Source: an uncultured bacterium
Lineage (GTDB): Bacteria > Zhuqueibacterota > QNDG01 > CAYUAG01
NCBI GenBank assembly: GCA_964515295.1
Contig: CAZETW010000006.1
Coordinates: forward strand, 1-56,184
Reading direction: 5' to 3'
Length of the DNA stretch: 56,184 bases
In this document: piece after piece, positions 10,719 through 20,129 of the stretch
Layout of the letters: each line of letters begins with the position of its first letter
Numbering within the stretch: the first letter of the stretch is position 1
The notes under the pieces: generated by a model
Database searches by the model: none
What the model was told of the DNA's origin: nothing
The model's input: the letters and a program-made list of their open reading frames with translations, nothing else
Made by a program: the position numbers and the translations under genes

Positions 10719-10770
10719 TCACCATAGACCGCAGACCGCGGACGGCAGACAGCTAATTGGTTTTCGGTCT
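10719..10770. repeat. Second GACNGCR heptamer array
   Basis: gaccgca-gaccgcg-gacggca-gacagct ... cggtct, the same unit as at 10247. Confidence 0.7.
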
Positions 10771-10813
10771 GGAATAAATATTTTATTAGTGATTTGATAA
10801 ACAAAAGGAAAAA

Positions 10814-13273
10814 ATGAAAAGAAAACAGTTACTCTTTAGTTTATTATTATTAATTATCGTCAGTAATATAGTTTATTCACAGAATGATGGATTTAAACTG
10901 ACTCCACTGACTGTTCAGAAAATCATGCGTAATCCGGATGAGTGGATAGGAGTTTCACCGTCGCGGATTCATTTCTCCGAGGACGGGTCAAAAGTTTATT
11001 TTTACTGGAATCCAGAAAAAGCAGAAAGTGATTCCCTGTACTATGTTCCCAGTAGCGGTGGAACTCCACAAAAAGTATCGTATTCCCAAAGAAGGTCTCT
11101 TCCTTCACAGAACGGTGATTATAATCAGGAACGTATCAAAAAAGTATATTCACGGAACGGTGATTTATTTGTTTTAAATATTAAAAATGGTAAAGAAGAG
11201 CAGCTCACCAATACACTTGAAACTGAACACAATCCAAAATTTACTGGAGATGGGAAAAAAATTGTATTTCAAAAAGATAATGATCTCTATATACTGTATC
11301 TGTCTACCGGAAAATTAGAACAGCTTACGAATTTTCAAAAGCAATCCGGCAGAGATGTTTCAGATGAATTCAAACACGTTCAGTCTGAACAGGATACCTG
11401 GCGCAGCAGGGAAGCATTAAACCTCAGCAGAATCCTGAGTAAGCGAAAAAGAAAACAGGAGGTATCTAAAAAAAATCAAAAAGCAGAAATACCGGAACGG
11501 CCTCAGAGAATCATCATTGGTAACAAGAGAGGCATCGGACTTCAGCTTACTCCTGATGAACGGTTTGTTATATTCAGTTTGATGAATCTTCCGAATAATA
11601 TAAAGCGGACCAAAGTTCCTCAATACGTTACTGAATCTGGATATATCGAAGAGCTGACATCCCGTTCAAAAGTCGGCACTCCTTATGGCTGGGTAGAACT
11701 TGGGATATATGATTGTGAACAGGATAGTGTTTATTATGTTTCTGATGAACAAATCCCGGGAATATATGATCAGCCACCTTATTTAGAAGAGTATACAAAT
11801 AAGAAAAAAGATCAAAACAAAAATAAAAGGTCCGAAGAACCTGAGAAAAAGAGAAAAATTGTTTCAGAGAATGATAAGAAAAGTGCCCGGAAAGTATCAT
11901 ATTCCTTACCTGTTTGGTCTGAGGATGGGAAATATGCTGCTGTAGAGATCCATGCTTCAGATAATAAAGATCGATGGATTATGCAGCTGATCACTGAGAC
12001 AGGTGAACTTAGGCTTCTTGACCGGCAGCACGATGAGGCCTGGATCGGTGGACCCGGGATTCGTAGCTGGTATGGCAGAAATCAAATTGGCTGGATGCCA
12101 AATAACCGGCATCTCTGGTTTCACTCAGAAGAATCGGGATATTGCCATCTTTATACTGTGGATGTGATCACCGGGGAGAAAAAGGCATTGACCAGTGGTG
12201 AATTTGAAATTTATTCTCCTCAGATGTCACACAATGAAAAATACTGGTATTTTACTGCAAATAAAGAACATCCAGGTGTACGTCATTTTTATAGAATGCC
12301 GATTAAGGGCGGAGAAATGGTCAGAATAACCAGTATGACCGGTAATAATGATGTAACACTGTCTCCGGATGAAGAAATATTGGCTGTCCGTTATTCCCGC
12401 TCGAATCGTCCCTGGGAACTGTATATTATGGAAAATAAACCAGGAGCAGAAGCTGAAAAAATTACTTCATCTCTCAGTCAGGAGTTTTTATCCTATTCCT
12501 GGCATAAACCTGATATTATTACGTTTTTTGCCAGAGACGGGTCAGATGTATATGCAAGGTTATATCGCCCTGAAAGTCCAGAACCTTATGGACCTGCAGT
12601 GATATTTGTACACGGAGCTGGTTATATGCAGAATGCACATAAATGGTGGTCAAGTTATTTCAGAGAGTATATGTTTCATAATCTACTGACAGAGCACGGA
12701 TATACTGTTCTGGACATCGATTATCGGGGCAGCGCAGGTTATGGAAGGGATTGGCGTACTGCCATTTACCGGCATATGGGAGGTAAAGATCTTACTGATC
12801 AGGTTGACGGAGTAAAATTTTTGATCAAAAACTATGATATGGATCCAGAACGCATCGGAATATACGGCGGTTCATACGGAGGGTTCATTACTCTGATGGC
12901 AATGTTCACTGTTCCGGATATATTTAAGGCAGGAGCAGCCTTGCGTGCAGTTACTGACTGGGCGCACTATAATCATTCCTATACCAGTAATATTCTTAAT
13001 ACTCCTGTACCGGACAGCCTTGCCTATAAACGCAGCTCTCCGATTTATTTTGTAGAAGGACTAAAAGGATCACTGCTCATGGGTCACGGAATGCTCGACA
13101 GGAATGTTCAGTTTCAGGATATTGTTCGGCTCACTCAGCGGCTGATTGAACTGGGCAAGGAAAACTGGGAACTGGCCGTATATCCATTGGAAGGGCATTC
13201 GTTTCAAGAGCCTTCCAGTTGGACCGATGAATACAGACGTATTTTTAAACTGTTTGAAGATAATTTAAAATAG
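10814..13273 (+). CDS. Secreted S9 family (DPP IV/prolyl oligopeptidase-like) peptidase
   Basis: Signal peptide, beta-propeller region, GGSYGG nucleophile, LDRNV Asp and EGHSF His. Confidence 0.92.
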   Translation: MKRKQLLFSLLLLIIVSNIVYSQNDGFKLTPLTVQKIMRNPDEWIGVSPSRIHFSEDGSKVYFYWNPEKAESDSLYYVPSSGGTPQKVSYSQRRSLPSQNGDYNQERIKKVYSRNGDLFVLNIKNGKEEQLTNTLETEHNPKFTGDGKKIVFQKDNDLYILYLSTGKLEQLTNFQKQSGRDVSDEFKHVQSEQDTWRSREALNLSRILSKRKRKQEVSKKNQKAEIPERPQRIIIGNKRGIGLQLTPDERFVIFSLMNLPNNIKRTKVPQYVTESGYIEELTSRSKVGTPYGWVELGIYDCEQDSVYYVSDEQIPGIYDQPPYLEEYTNKKKDQNKNKRSEEPEKKRKIVSENDKKSARKVSYSLPVWSEDGKYAAVEIHASDNKDRWIMQLITETGELRLLDRQHDEAWIGGPGIRSWYGRNQIGWMPNNRHLWFHSEESGYCHLYTVDVITGEKKALTSGEFEIYSPQMSHNEKYWYFTANKEHPGVRHFYRMPIKGGEMVRITSMTGNNDVTLSPDEEILAVRYSRSNRPWELYIMENKPGAEAEKITSSLSQEFLSYSWHKPDIITFFARDGSDVYARLYRPESPEPYGPAVIFVHGAGYMQNAHKWWSSYFREYMFHNLLTEHGYTVLDIDYRGSAGYGRDWRTAIYRHMGGKDLTDQVDGVKFLIKNYDMDPERIGIYGGSYGGFITLMAMFTVPDIFKAGAALRAVTDWAHYNHSYTSNILNTPVPDSLAYKRSSPIYFVEGLKGSLLMGHGMLDRNVQFQDIVRLTQRLIELGKENWELAVYPLEGHSFQEPSSWTDEYRRIFKLFEDNLK

Positions 13274-13299
13274 ATTATTAATAAAAATTTTGAGGAGGT

Positions 13300-14457
13300 A
13301 TGATGAGAGAAGTTGCTGTTGTAGGTGTAGGGATGCAGAAATGGGGTGAAGTATGGGAAAAATCCTTGCATGAATTATTTGTAGAAGCTGCCCTTACAGC
13401 GATTAAAGATGCAGGAGTGGATCATATTGATTCTATGTATGTTGGCTGTATGTCCAGCGGGCTGTTCAACGGTCAGGAACATATTGGATCTTTGCTGGCA
13501 GATTTTCTTGGAGCAGCTCCCATTCCTTCAACCCGGATAGAATCAGCCTGTGCTTCAGGCGGTGTAGCATTTCGCACCGGGTTTATCGAAGTTGCATCCG
13601 GAATGAGCGATATTGTTCTGGCCGGCGGAGTTGAAAAAATGACTGATGTAGGTGGAGATGAAGCCACCTATGCTCTGGGAACTGCTGCTTTTCAGGATTA
13701 TGAAGGATTTAACGGCACTACGTTTCCTGGTATTTATGCTATGATAGCACACAGACATATGCACCAGTTCGGAACTACTCCGGAACAGCTGGCCCAGGTT
13801 GCTGTTAAAAATCATAGAAATGGTTCCATGAATCCTTTAGCACAGTACCCCATGAAAATTACAGTAGATCAGGTGTTGAATTCAGTAATGATTGCTGATC
13901 CACTCCATATACTGGACTGTTCTCCCATAACTGACGGAGCTGCTGCTGTAATTTTATGTCCGGTAGAAATGGCAAAAAAACTGGGAAAACCAATTATCAA
14001 AATAATAGGATCCGGACAAGCTACAGATACTATAGCTCTGCATGACAGAGAGGACATTACTTTTTTAAATTCTACTGCAAAAGCTGCTGAAATTGCTTAT
14101 AAAATGGCTGATAAAACTCCGGAAGATATTGATATTGCCGAAGTACATGACTGCTTCACAATAGCAGAAATCTGCATAACAGAGGCATTAGGATTCTGTG
14201 AGAGAGGTAAAGGTGGTGAATTTGTTGAAAGCGGTAAAACTGACATAGGAGGTCAAATACCCATAAATACCAGTGGAGGTCTGAAATCTAAGGGTCATCC
14301 GGTAGGAGCCAGCGGTATAGCGCAGGTTATAGAAATAGTTCATCAGTTGAGGCAAGAAGTTGATAAACGTCAGGTAGATGGCGCAAAAATCGGATTAACT
14401 CAGAATATGGGCGGCAGCGGAGGCAGTGCAGTTGTACATATTTTGGAGGGAGAATAA
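13300..14457 (+). CDS. Acetyl-CoA acetyltransferase (archaeal/SCP2-type thiolase)
   Basis: [36 protein letters not shown]. Confidence 0.92.
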   Translation: MMREVAVVGVGMQKWGEVWEKSLHELFVEAALTAIKDAGVDHIDSMYVGCMSSGLFNGQEHIGSLLADFLGAAPIPSTRIESACASGGVAFRTGFIEVASGMSDIVLAGGVEKMTDVGGDEATYALGTAAFQDYEGFNGTTFPGIYAMIAHRHMHQFGTTPEQLAQVAVKNHRNGSMNPLAQYPMKITVDQVLNSVMIADPLHILDCSPITDGAAAVILCPVEMAKKLGKPIIKIIGSGQATDTIALHDREDITFLNSTAKAAEIAYKMADKTPEDIDIAEVHDCFTIAEICITEALGFCERGKGGEFVESGKTDIGGQIPINTSGGLKSKGHPVGASGIAQVIEIVHQLRQEVDKRQVDGAKIGLTQNMGGSGGSAVVHILEGE

Positions 14458-14458
14458 A

Positions 14459-14848
14459 ATGATAGCACCAAGAATTCATCGGGCAATGCCCCAGCGATAC
14501 AGATATCAGGCAAATAAGTGTATGAAATGTGATAAAATATTTTTTCCGCCGCGTCAAGTCTGTCCGGGGTGTAAATCCGAAGATCTTGAGCCTGTAACTT
14601 TGAACAGACAAGGGAAACTATTATCCTATACCATAATCAGAGTACCCCCAAGTCAGTTTAAAGATGAGGCCCCCTATGCTGTGGGAATCGTAGAATTAGA
14701 AGGAGGGGGTCGTATAACAGCTCAGATCGCTGACTGTGATTTCGATGATTTAGAAATTGATATGCCGGTGAGAATGGAATTCAGACGAATTCAGGAAGAA
14801 GGAGAAGCAGGGGTCATATGTTACGGATATAAGTGTGTACCGGTTTGA
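14459..14848 (+). CDS. DUF35 Zn-ribbon/OB-fold protein
   Basis: CMKC...PPRQVCPGC plus OB-fold (PYAVGIVEL). ATG at 14459 follows the thiolase stop with a GGAG RBS. Confidence 0.92.
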   Translation: MIAPRIHRAMPQRYRYQANKCMKCDKIFFPPRQVCPGCKSEDLEPVTLNRQGKLLSYTIIRVPPSQFKDEAPYAVGIVELEGGGRITAQIADCDFDDLEIDMPVRMEFRRIQEEGEAGVICYGYKCVPV

Positions 14849-14956
14849 GAGATTATTATACTATTTTAAGTCCGTGATAACTTTTTTTAATATTCATTGA
14901 GTGTAACAAGATAAGAAAGTACCCACGAAAGACACGAAACACACTAAATATTTTTA

Positions 14957-15271
14957 TTGAATTTTATCGGAGAAAAAGGGTATTTATTTCTCTCAGAATA
15001 TGAATTCCATCTGGATTCCGGTGTATGGACGCATATACATCAAAAGAAAGTTGGAGATGAATTTTCTCTGGATAATGCTTTGAATACCTATCAGGAAGAT
15101 TTAAGTAATGCTCTTTTGGAAGCAATACGAAAACGTCTGTACAAGACTTACGTCGATGAGGCCTACAGGTTAACAGATATACTTGAGAAAGAAAAAACTC
15201 CTCAAGTAAAAAAATTAAACCGGGAATTAAGTGAATTGCAGTATTTTTCAGTTGTTAATGTTAAAGAGTGA
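14957..15271 (+). pseudogene. Probable C-terminal remnant of a class V aminotransferase-like protein
   Basis: FIGEKGYLFLSEYEFHLDSGVWTH resembles, from memory, the C-terminal tail of long class-V PLP enzymes. TTG start, no RBS. Confidence 0.5.
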
Positions 15272-15281
15272 AATATCAGTA

Positions 15282-17225
15282 TTATTTTTTGTCTACCTGA
15301 TCTCTGAACAAAATTAGTTTCTGCTCACTTAAAGCTATATTAGTTAAAAATTTTTTGAATTTAAGATATTTCTCTACCGGAATATGGGTTGTATTCAAAT
15401 CAAATTCTCTGGAAAAAGAAGCACTGCCTGATTTATTAATAATAAAATCCCATTCATAGGTTCCGAATTCAGATCCAACAGAATCCTGTAGAACGCTGCT
15501 TATACATTTCCATGATTCAGGATAAGTAAAATTTACTTTATCAATAATCTTCAAAGGATGCTTTAATACAATATCTGAACTTCGGTAAATACTGGGAAAC
15601 ATTTTATACAAATTAAAAGTACTCAAAGCATCAAGAAAAATTGTATACAAATGGTCACTTTTTAATACCATAAGAGAAGAGGAATAATTTCCCGTTACCT
15701 TTAAAGGCTGATTGAGCTCATTAAGATTTTCAATATCAATTAACTGATTCATATTGACTGAATAACTACCAAAAATATTTTTAGTAAGCCATGTATAGTA
15801 ATTAGATGGATGTAGATCATTCAGCTGATGACGGATTTCCAGTGCCTGGGATCCATGAATCCTATGGGCTATTGTCCCCGAACAGGTACCATTATTAAAA
15901 ATTTTCATGTCCCATACTCTTTCAGATAAATTATAGTCAGATGGATAAGAAGGTGTTACGGTTATTTTAGATTCTTTTTCTTTAACAACCAGTACATTTC
16001 TGTTTTGATCATACCAGGGTATTTTGCCAAAAGGGATGTATTTTTCAGTTGGATCCATCCAGATTTCCTGTCCGTTTTCTAATTCCGACTTAACCATTAC
16101 ATGATTAAAGAAGGAATTGGATACCAGATGAGTATCTATTTTACCATTATACCAGGTAGAAATCAGAACAGGAAAGGTTTTGATTCCTAATGAATTTGCC
16201 ATAGCAATAATCAGAGTTGCCATATCTTTACAGTCGCCATAACTGTTTCTTAAGATTGTAGAGGCGAAGTGAGGCTGATATCCTCCCTTACCAATTTCAA
16301 TGGCTATATAGCGTAAGTTACTATGAACATAATTGAATATGTGCTTTAATTTGGAATACTGTGACTTTGTATTATTAACTAATTGCTCAGTAAATTCTTT
16401 AATTTCCTTATTTGGCCTCATTCTATCTTTGGCGAGATCTAAATACCAGTCACCAATATCATTCCAAGTGTGTATCCCAATAGGCGAGAATATAATTTTT
16501 CTTAAATCCATTGTACCGGGTGCAGAAGCAAATTCCTTTATATAAGGCGGGATATTATTGCTTTGCCAGATTCTGGTTATGTTTTCAAAACTGACAGACT
16601 CTTCAAAATGGATGTATTTTTCATCTCCGTATATTTTCCATTTCAGATTTATTGATTCCGGACTGATGATTTTGTATCTGGAAACAAGGGTGGGAATGTC
16701 CCGCTGAAAAGGCCATTCTGACATTATGAACAGATCATTGACGACTATATCCCAGCTGTATTCTACAATACAGCCATTTTTGATCCCGGGCATAGTAAAT
16801 CTTTTGGATCTGGCATCAGAATAGTACACATATTCAGTATATAAATTTGTATCATATATCTGGTTTTGCAAAACCTTAATCTCTGATCCATCTGGCAGTA
16901 TAGTCTTTGCTTGTATGTTTTTAATCCGCATATGAGATTCATACGGTATGATTACATTGGCAAAATTATTACCTCTTTTATTGAGTATTTTAATAGCGGT
17001 CTTTCGGTGGATAATGGATTTTCTTTCTGTGTTTCTGTCATAGATTTCAGTTACTGCTTCATCCAGCAGGACAACTGCTCCTGCATCAGGATATTGCCTT
17101 TGTAAAGCTGTAAAATCAGCATCACTGTACTGGGGGAAAAAAATCCCCGAAAATTTTGTTGTTGGATTACATCCCAGCAAGAAAATAAAGAAGATAATAT
17201 ATTTAAAATAATTATAATGTTTCAT
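15282..17225 (-). CDS. DUF3857 and transglutaminase-like domain lipoprotein
   Basis: LLGC lipobox, AGAVVLLDE, LRYIAIEIG.GG.QP, GDCKD / FNH / MDPT triad. Confidence 0.88.
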   Translation of the reverse strand: MKHYNYFKYIIFFIFLLGCNPTTKFSGIFFPQYSDADFTALQRQYPDAGAVVLLDEAVTEIYDRNTERKSIIHRKTAIKILNKRGNNFANVIIPYESHMRIKNIQAKTILPDGSEIKVLQNQIYDTNLYTEYVYYSDARSKRFTMPGIKNGCIVEYSWDIVVNDLFIMSEWPFQRDIPTLVSRYKIISPESINLKWKIYGDEKYIHFEESVSFENITRIWQSNNIPPYIKEFASAPGTMDLRKIIFSPIGIHTWNDIGDWYLDLAKDRMRPNKEIKEFTEQLVNNTKSQYSKLKHIFNYVHSNLRYIAIEIGKGGYQPHFASTILRNSYGDCKDMATLIIAMANSLGIKTFPVLISTWYNGKIDTHLVSNSFFNHVMVKSELENGQEIWMDPTEKYIPFGKIPWYDQNRNVLVVKEKESKITVTPSYPSDYNLSERVWDMKIFNNGTCSGTIAHRIHGSQALEIRHQLNDLHPSNYYTWLTKNIFGSYSVNMNQLIDIENLNELNQPLKVTGNYSSSLMVLKSDHLYTIFLDALSTFNLYKMFPSIYRSSDIVLKHPLKIIDKVNFTYPESWKCISSVLQDSVGSEFGTYEWDFIINKSGSASFSREFDLNTTHIPVEKYLKFKKFLTNIALSEQKLILFRDQVDKK

Positions 17226-17380
17226 TGACTTGTTGTTATATTTAAATTCTCTTTTTTATAATCATAAGAATTAATATATAAAAAAAGACTTAGATTAACA
17301 AGAATTGATTAATATGATGATTCCAGGTGCCATTTATTGTTAATTTTCAACAATTTTTTTTAATCAATTTCTAATATTAA

Positions 17381-17737
17381 TATAATATAAGAGAAATATT
17401 AAAGATAAGCCTTAAACGAAAAAGATCCTGTAATCATATTGTCGGAATATATAATCTTGTAAAGCTGCCAGATGAGTTTAGTTTTCCCTCAGGTCATACT
17501 GCAGGTGCATGTATGGTTACAATAATTTTAAGTTACTTTTATCCCTTGGTACTTATTCCTGGTTTACTTTTTTGTGTGATTGTGGGGTTATCGCGTATTT
17601 ACAATGGAGTACACTATTCCAGTGATGTTTTGTGCGGTGCAGGTTTGGGTATCATATTTGCCATTTTTTCTTTACACGGATTACAGAGTTACTTTACCAT
17701 ATATAAACAGACTTTATCCGGAATTGGACAGTTATAA
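17381..17737 (+). pseudogene. 5'-truncated PAP2 family phosphatase
   Basis: In-frame LKISLKRKRS (degenerate KxxxxxxRP), FSFPSGHT, GLSRIYNGVHYSSDV; no plausible start for the N-terminal half. Confidence 0.75.
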
Positions 17738-18206
17738 TCCAAATTTAATTCATGTTGTCAGTCCGACACTTCATGGTATTTATGGATTGAGATATGCACG
17801 GCGCCGTGGTATACATGCAGTGACCTGTTATCACACAAATTTTATTGATTATTTATCCAGTACGGAATTATCAGTATGGTATGCCTCTTCTGATTTATTT
17901 GTATTTCCTTCTACAACCGAGACTTTTGGAAATGTGATTTTGGAAGCATTTGCTTCCGGATTACCTGCGGTTGTGGTCAATAAAGGAGGATGTGCTGATC
18001 TTGTAACCCCTAGAGTGAATGGATACATAGCAAAGCCCCATGATTCCCTTGATTTTGCCACTAAAATATCCTTTTTTCTGAATAGCAAAAGCTCCATAGA
18101 TCATTTCAGTCTTGCTGCGATTGAAACTGCACAGAACTATAACTGGAATGTAATTAATAAGAATTTAATAGATAGTTATAGAAAGTTAGTTTTTTGTCAA
18201 AATTGA
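17658..18206 (+). pseudogene. Internally deleted GT4 glycosyltransferase
   Basis: N-domain piece (YRVTLP...IHVVSP...YHTNF) is joined directly to the C-domain piece (YASSDLFVFPSTTETFGNVILEAFASGLP). The N-terminus and middle are missing. Confidence 0.8.
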
Positions 18207-18338
18207 TTCTATAAAATTTAGTATTTTGATAAAAGCAATGTTTCTACTCGTTTCAAGATTCCTGTTTTGGAACGTTTTTTTTTAAAGAAACTCTGTTTCT
18301 TGTGACATTTTTGTATTTGTATTCTGTCATAATTCATT

Positions 18339-18521
18339 GTCAGAATCACAGATAACGCAGATAAAAGGATGGCGCAGATAAAAACTGCCGAAGACATCAT
18401 TAATCTGTGTTATCTGTTACAATCGGTAATTGAGACCTCCTTCACATCAAATTATTCATTATACATTATTCATTAAAAATCTGTGTCATTTACGGCATCT
18501 GTGGCTATCTGCGATTCAGAC
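18339..18521. repeat. Imperfect inverted-repeat element
   Basis: gtcagaatcacagataacgcagat pairs imperfectly with atctgtggctatctgcgattcagac. Confidence 0.65.
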
Positions 18522-18526
18522 TTTAT

Positions 18527-18597
18527 TGTTTTGAATTGGCATGATAGAGACCAAGAGCATCATTAAACGTTCCTACGGAGACCGTAAGAACGAGATG
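18527..18597. repeat. About 70-bp repeat with palindrome GTTCCTACGG-AGA-CCGTAAGAAC (intact copy)
   Basis: A second diverged copy lies at 18857-19053, interrupted by an insertion. Confidence 0.8.
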
Positions 18598-18754
18598 GTA
18601 AATTATTCAGCCACAGAATGACACGAATTATCACGGATTTATGTTATTTAGTTGGTTTTTAATCTGTGTGTATCCATGATAAAATTCGATACCGATTACG
18701 ATTCCGATACCGATACCGAGGTGTAATTCAGACTCGCAGCACCTCCTTTTTTCC

Positions 18755-18830
18755 TGTCATTCCCGGATGTTTTAGTCGGGAATCCATCCTGCAACCACAC
18801 CCCTGGATTCCTGCCTTCGCAGGAATGACA
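18755..18830. repeat. REP/RPE-like palindromic element
   Basis: tgtcattcccg...cgggaatcc...ggattcctgc-cttc-gcaggaatgaca: nested hairpins closed by GTCATTCC/GGAATGAC. Confidence 0.8.
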
Positions 18831-18913
18831 AAAACAAAAAACTTCAAAACGCCGGATGTTTTGAATTGGTTTGATAAAGACACAGAGTATCATACTAAAC
18901 ATTCCTATGGAGA

Positions 18914-19033
18914 AAGGTTGTGTGAAAACTCTGATTATCGTTTACAAGTAGAATTTGGTGTTATAAAATTTACTGTTTTTATTGATCTTAAAACATGCCA
19001 AACACCCGGGGTTTGGTCGTTTTCACACAATCT
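18914..19033. mobile_element. 120-bp MITE with terminal inverted repeats and GAGA target duplication
   Basis: aggttgtgtgaaaa / ttttcacacaatct (13 of 14 complementary); gaga on both sides; the empty site is visible at 18571-18590. Confidence 0.8.
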
Positions 19034-19317
19034 GAGACCGTAGGAACGAGATGAATTGAATAAATAATGTATCATTGCGTTCGTCATTCGTAATTGCTTC
19101 CCTTTACGGGAATTCCAGCTTTCACGGGTATTACATGATTGCTGAAGTTGTAAGACCCCGGGTGTTTAAATTACGAATTAAGCTATACATAAAATAGACT
19201 ATTAAGCTGTTCAGGCCACAGGTCCAATTTTTTTCCATAATCTCAACCTTACTTGAATCTTGTTTGATTATTTACTACATTACACGAGATTTTAATTATA
19301 GTAAACAGGAGTATTGT

Positions 19318-19986
19318 ATGAAATATCGTTTACAAAGAGAAATTGAAAAACTGAAGAAGTCAATACTTACTCTGGGCGCATTGGTTGAGGAACGGTTATA
19401 TATGGCAATCCGGTCCATAAATCAGAGAGAAAAAAACATTGCTTTAAATGTGATAGACGGAGATCGGGAAATTGATGATATGGAGGTTGAACTGGAAGAG
19501 GAATGTTTAAAGCTACTGGCATTGCATCAGCCGGTAGCTATAGATCTGCGTTTTATTATTGCTGTTTTAAAAATCAACAATGATCTGGAAAGGATCGGGG
19601 ATCTGGTGGTTAATATATGTGAACGTGCATCGTATATGGTAGAACAGGAAGAAGTTCCTGTTCCTTTCGATTTTAATGCTATGTCTGAAAAAGTCAAAAC
19701 TATGCTTAAAACAAGTCTTGATTCACTGGTTAATATGGATACTGATCTTGCTCATAAAGTACGTAATATGGATGATGAAGTAGATGATATTAACAGACAG
19801 ATGTTTAATCAGGTATATAAGGGGATACCGGAATCGCCTGAACATATTGGTGTATACTTGAATCATTTAAGTGTATCCCGTCATCTTGAGAGGATAGGGG
19901 ATCTGGCTACAAATATTGCTGAAGATGTTATTTATATGGTAGAAGGAAAGATCGTCAGACATGCACCGGATACGAATAATCAATAA
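19318..19986 (+). CDS. phoU: Phosphate signalling protein PhoU
   Basis: HQPVAIDLR, NDLERIGD, RHLERIGDLATNIAEDVIY; AGGAG RBS before ATG 19318. Confidence 0.95.
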   Translation: MKYRLQREIEKLKKSILTLGALVEERLYMAIRSINQREKNIALNVIDGDREIDDMEVELEEECLKLLALHQPVAIDLRFIIAVLKINNDLERIGDLVVNICERASYMVEQEEVPVPFDFNAMSEKVKTMLKTSLDSLVNMDTDLAHKVRNMDDEVDDINRQMFNQVYKGIPESPEHIGVYLNHLSVSRHLERIGDLATNIAEDVIYMVEGKIVRHAPDTNNQ

Positions 19987-19989
19987 AAA

Positions 19990-20032
19990 AAACGCGGGTT
20001 ATTCACATGTAAGATCCTGAAAACCCGCGTTT
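19990..20032. terminator. Hairpin between convergent genes
   Basis: aaacgcgggtt ... aacccgcgttt, preceded by an A-run (U-tract on the minus strand). Confidence 0.6.
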
Positions 20033-20129
20033 CACCATTAAGGGGGGGATGGTGGTAATCTATTATTTCAATTTAATTGTTTATATATACCCATCACAAA
20101 TAATCCCTTATGGATATACTTTCTATTAA

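Noticed and set aside
9126-14848. 2,4-diacetylphloroglucinol (phl) biosynthetic cluster
   Set aside because: No type III PKS (PhlD) is present, and the HMGCS keeps its catalytic Glu/Cys/His, which fits a working HMG-CoA synthase.
18666-19043. 125-aa ORF, plus overlapping 18696-18902 and nearby 18218-18400 ORFs
   Set aside because: They translate palindromic and hexamer repeats (RYRYR, WIPAFAGMT) or low-complexity intergenic DNA; no RBS or domain.
18339-19180. CRISPR array or integron attC array
   Set aside because: No constant-length repeat with regular spacers, no cas or integrase gene, and no cassette ORFs between the palindromes.
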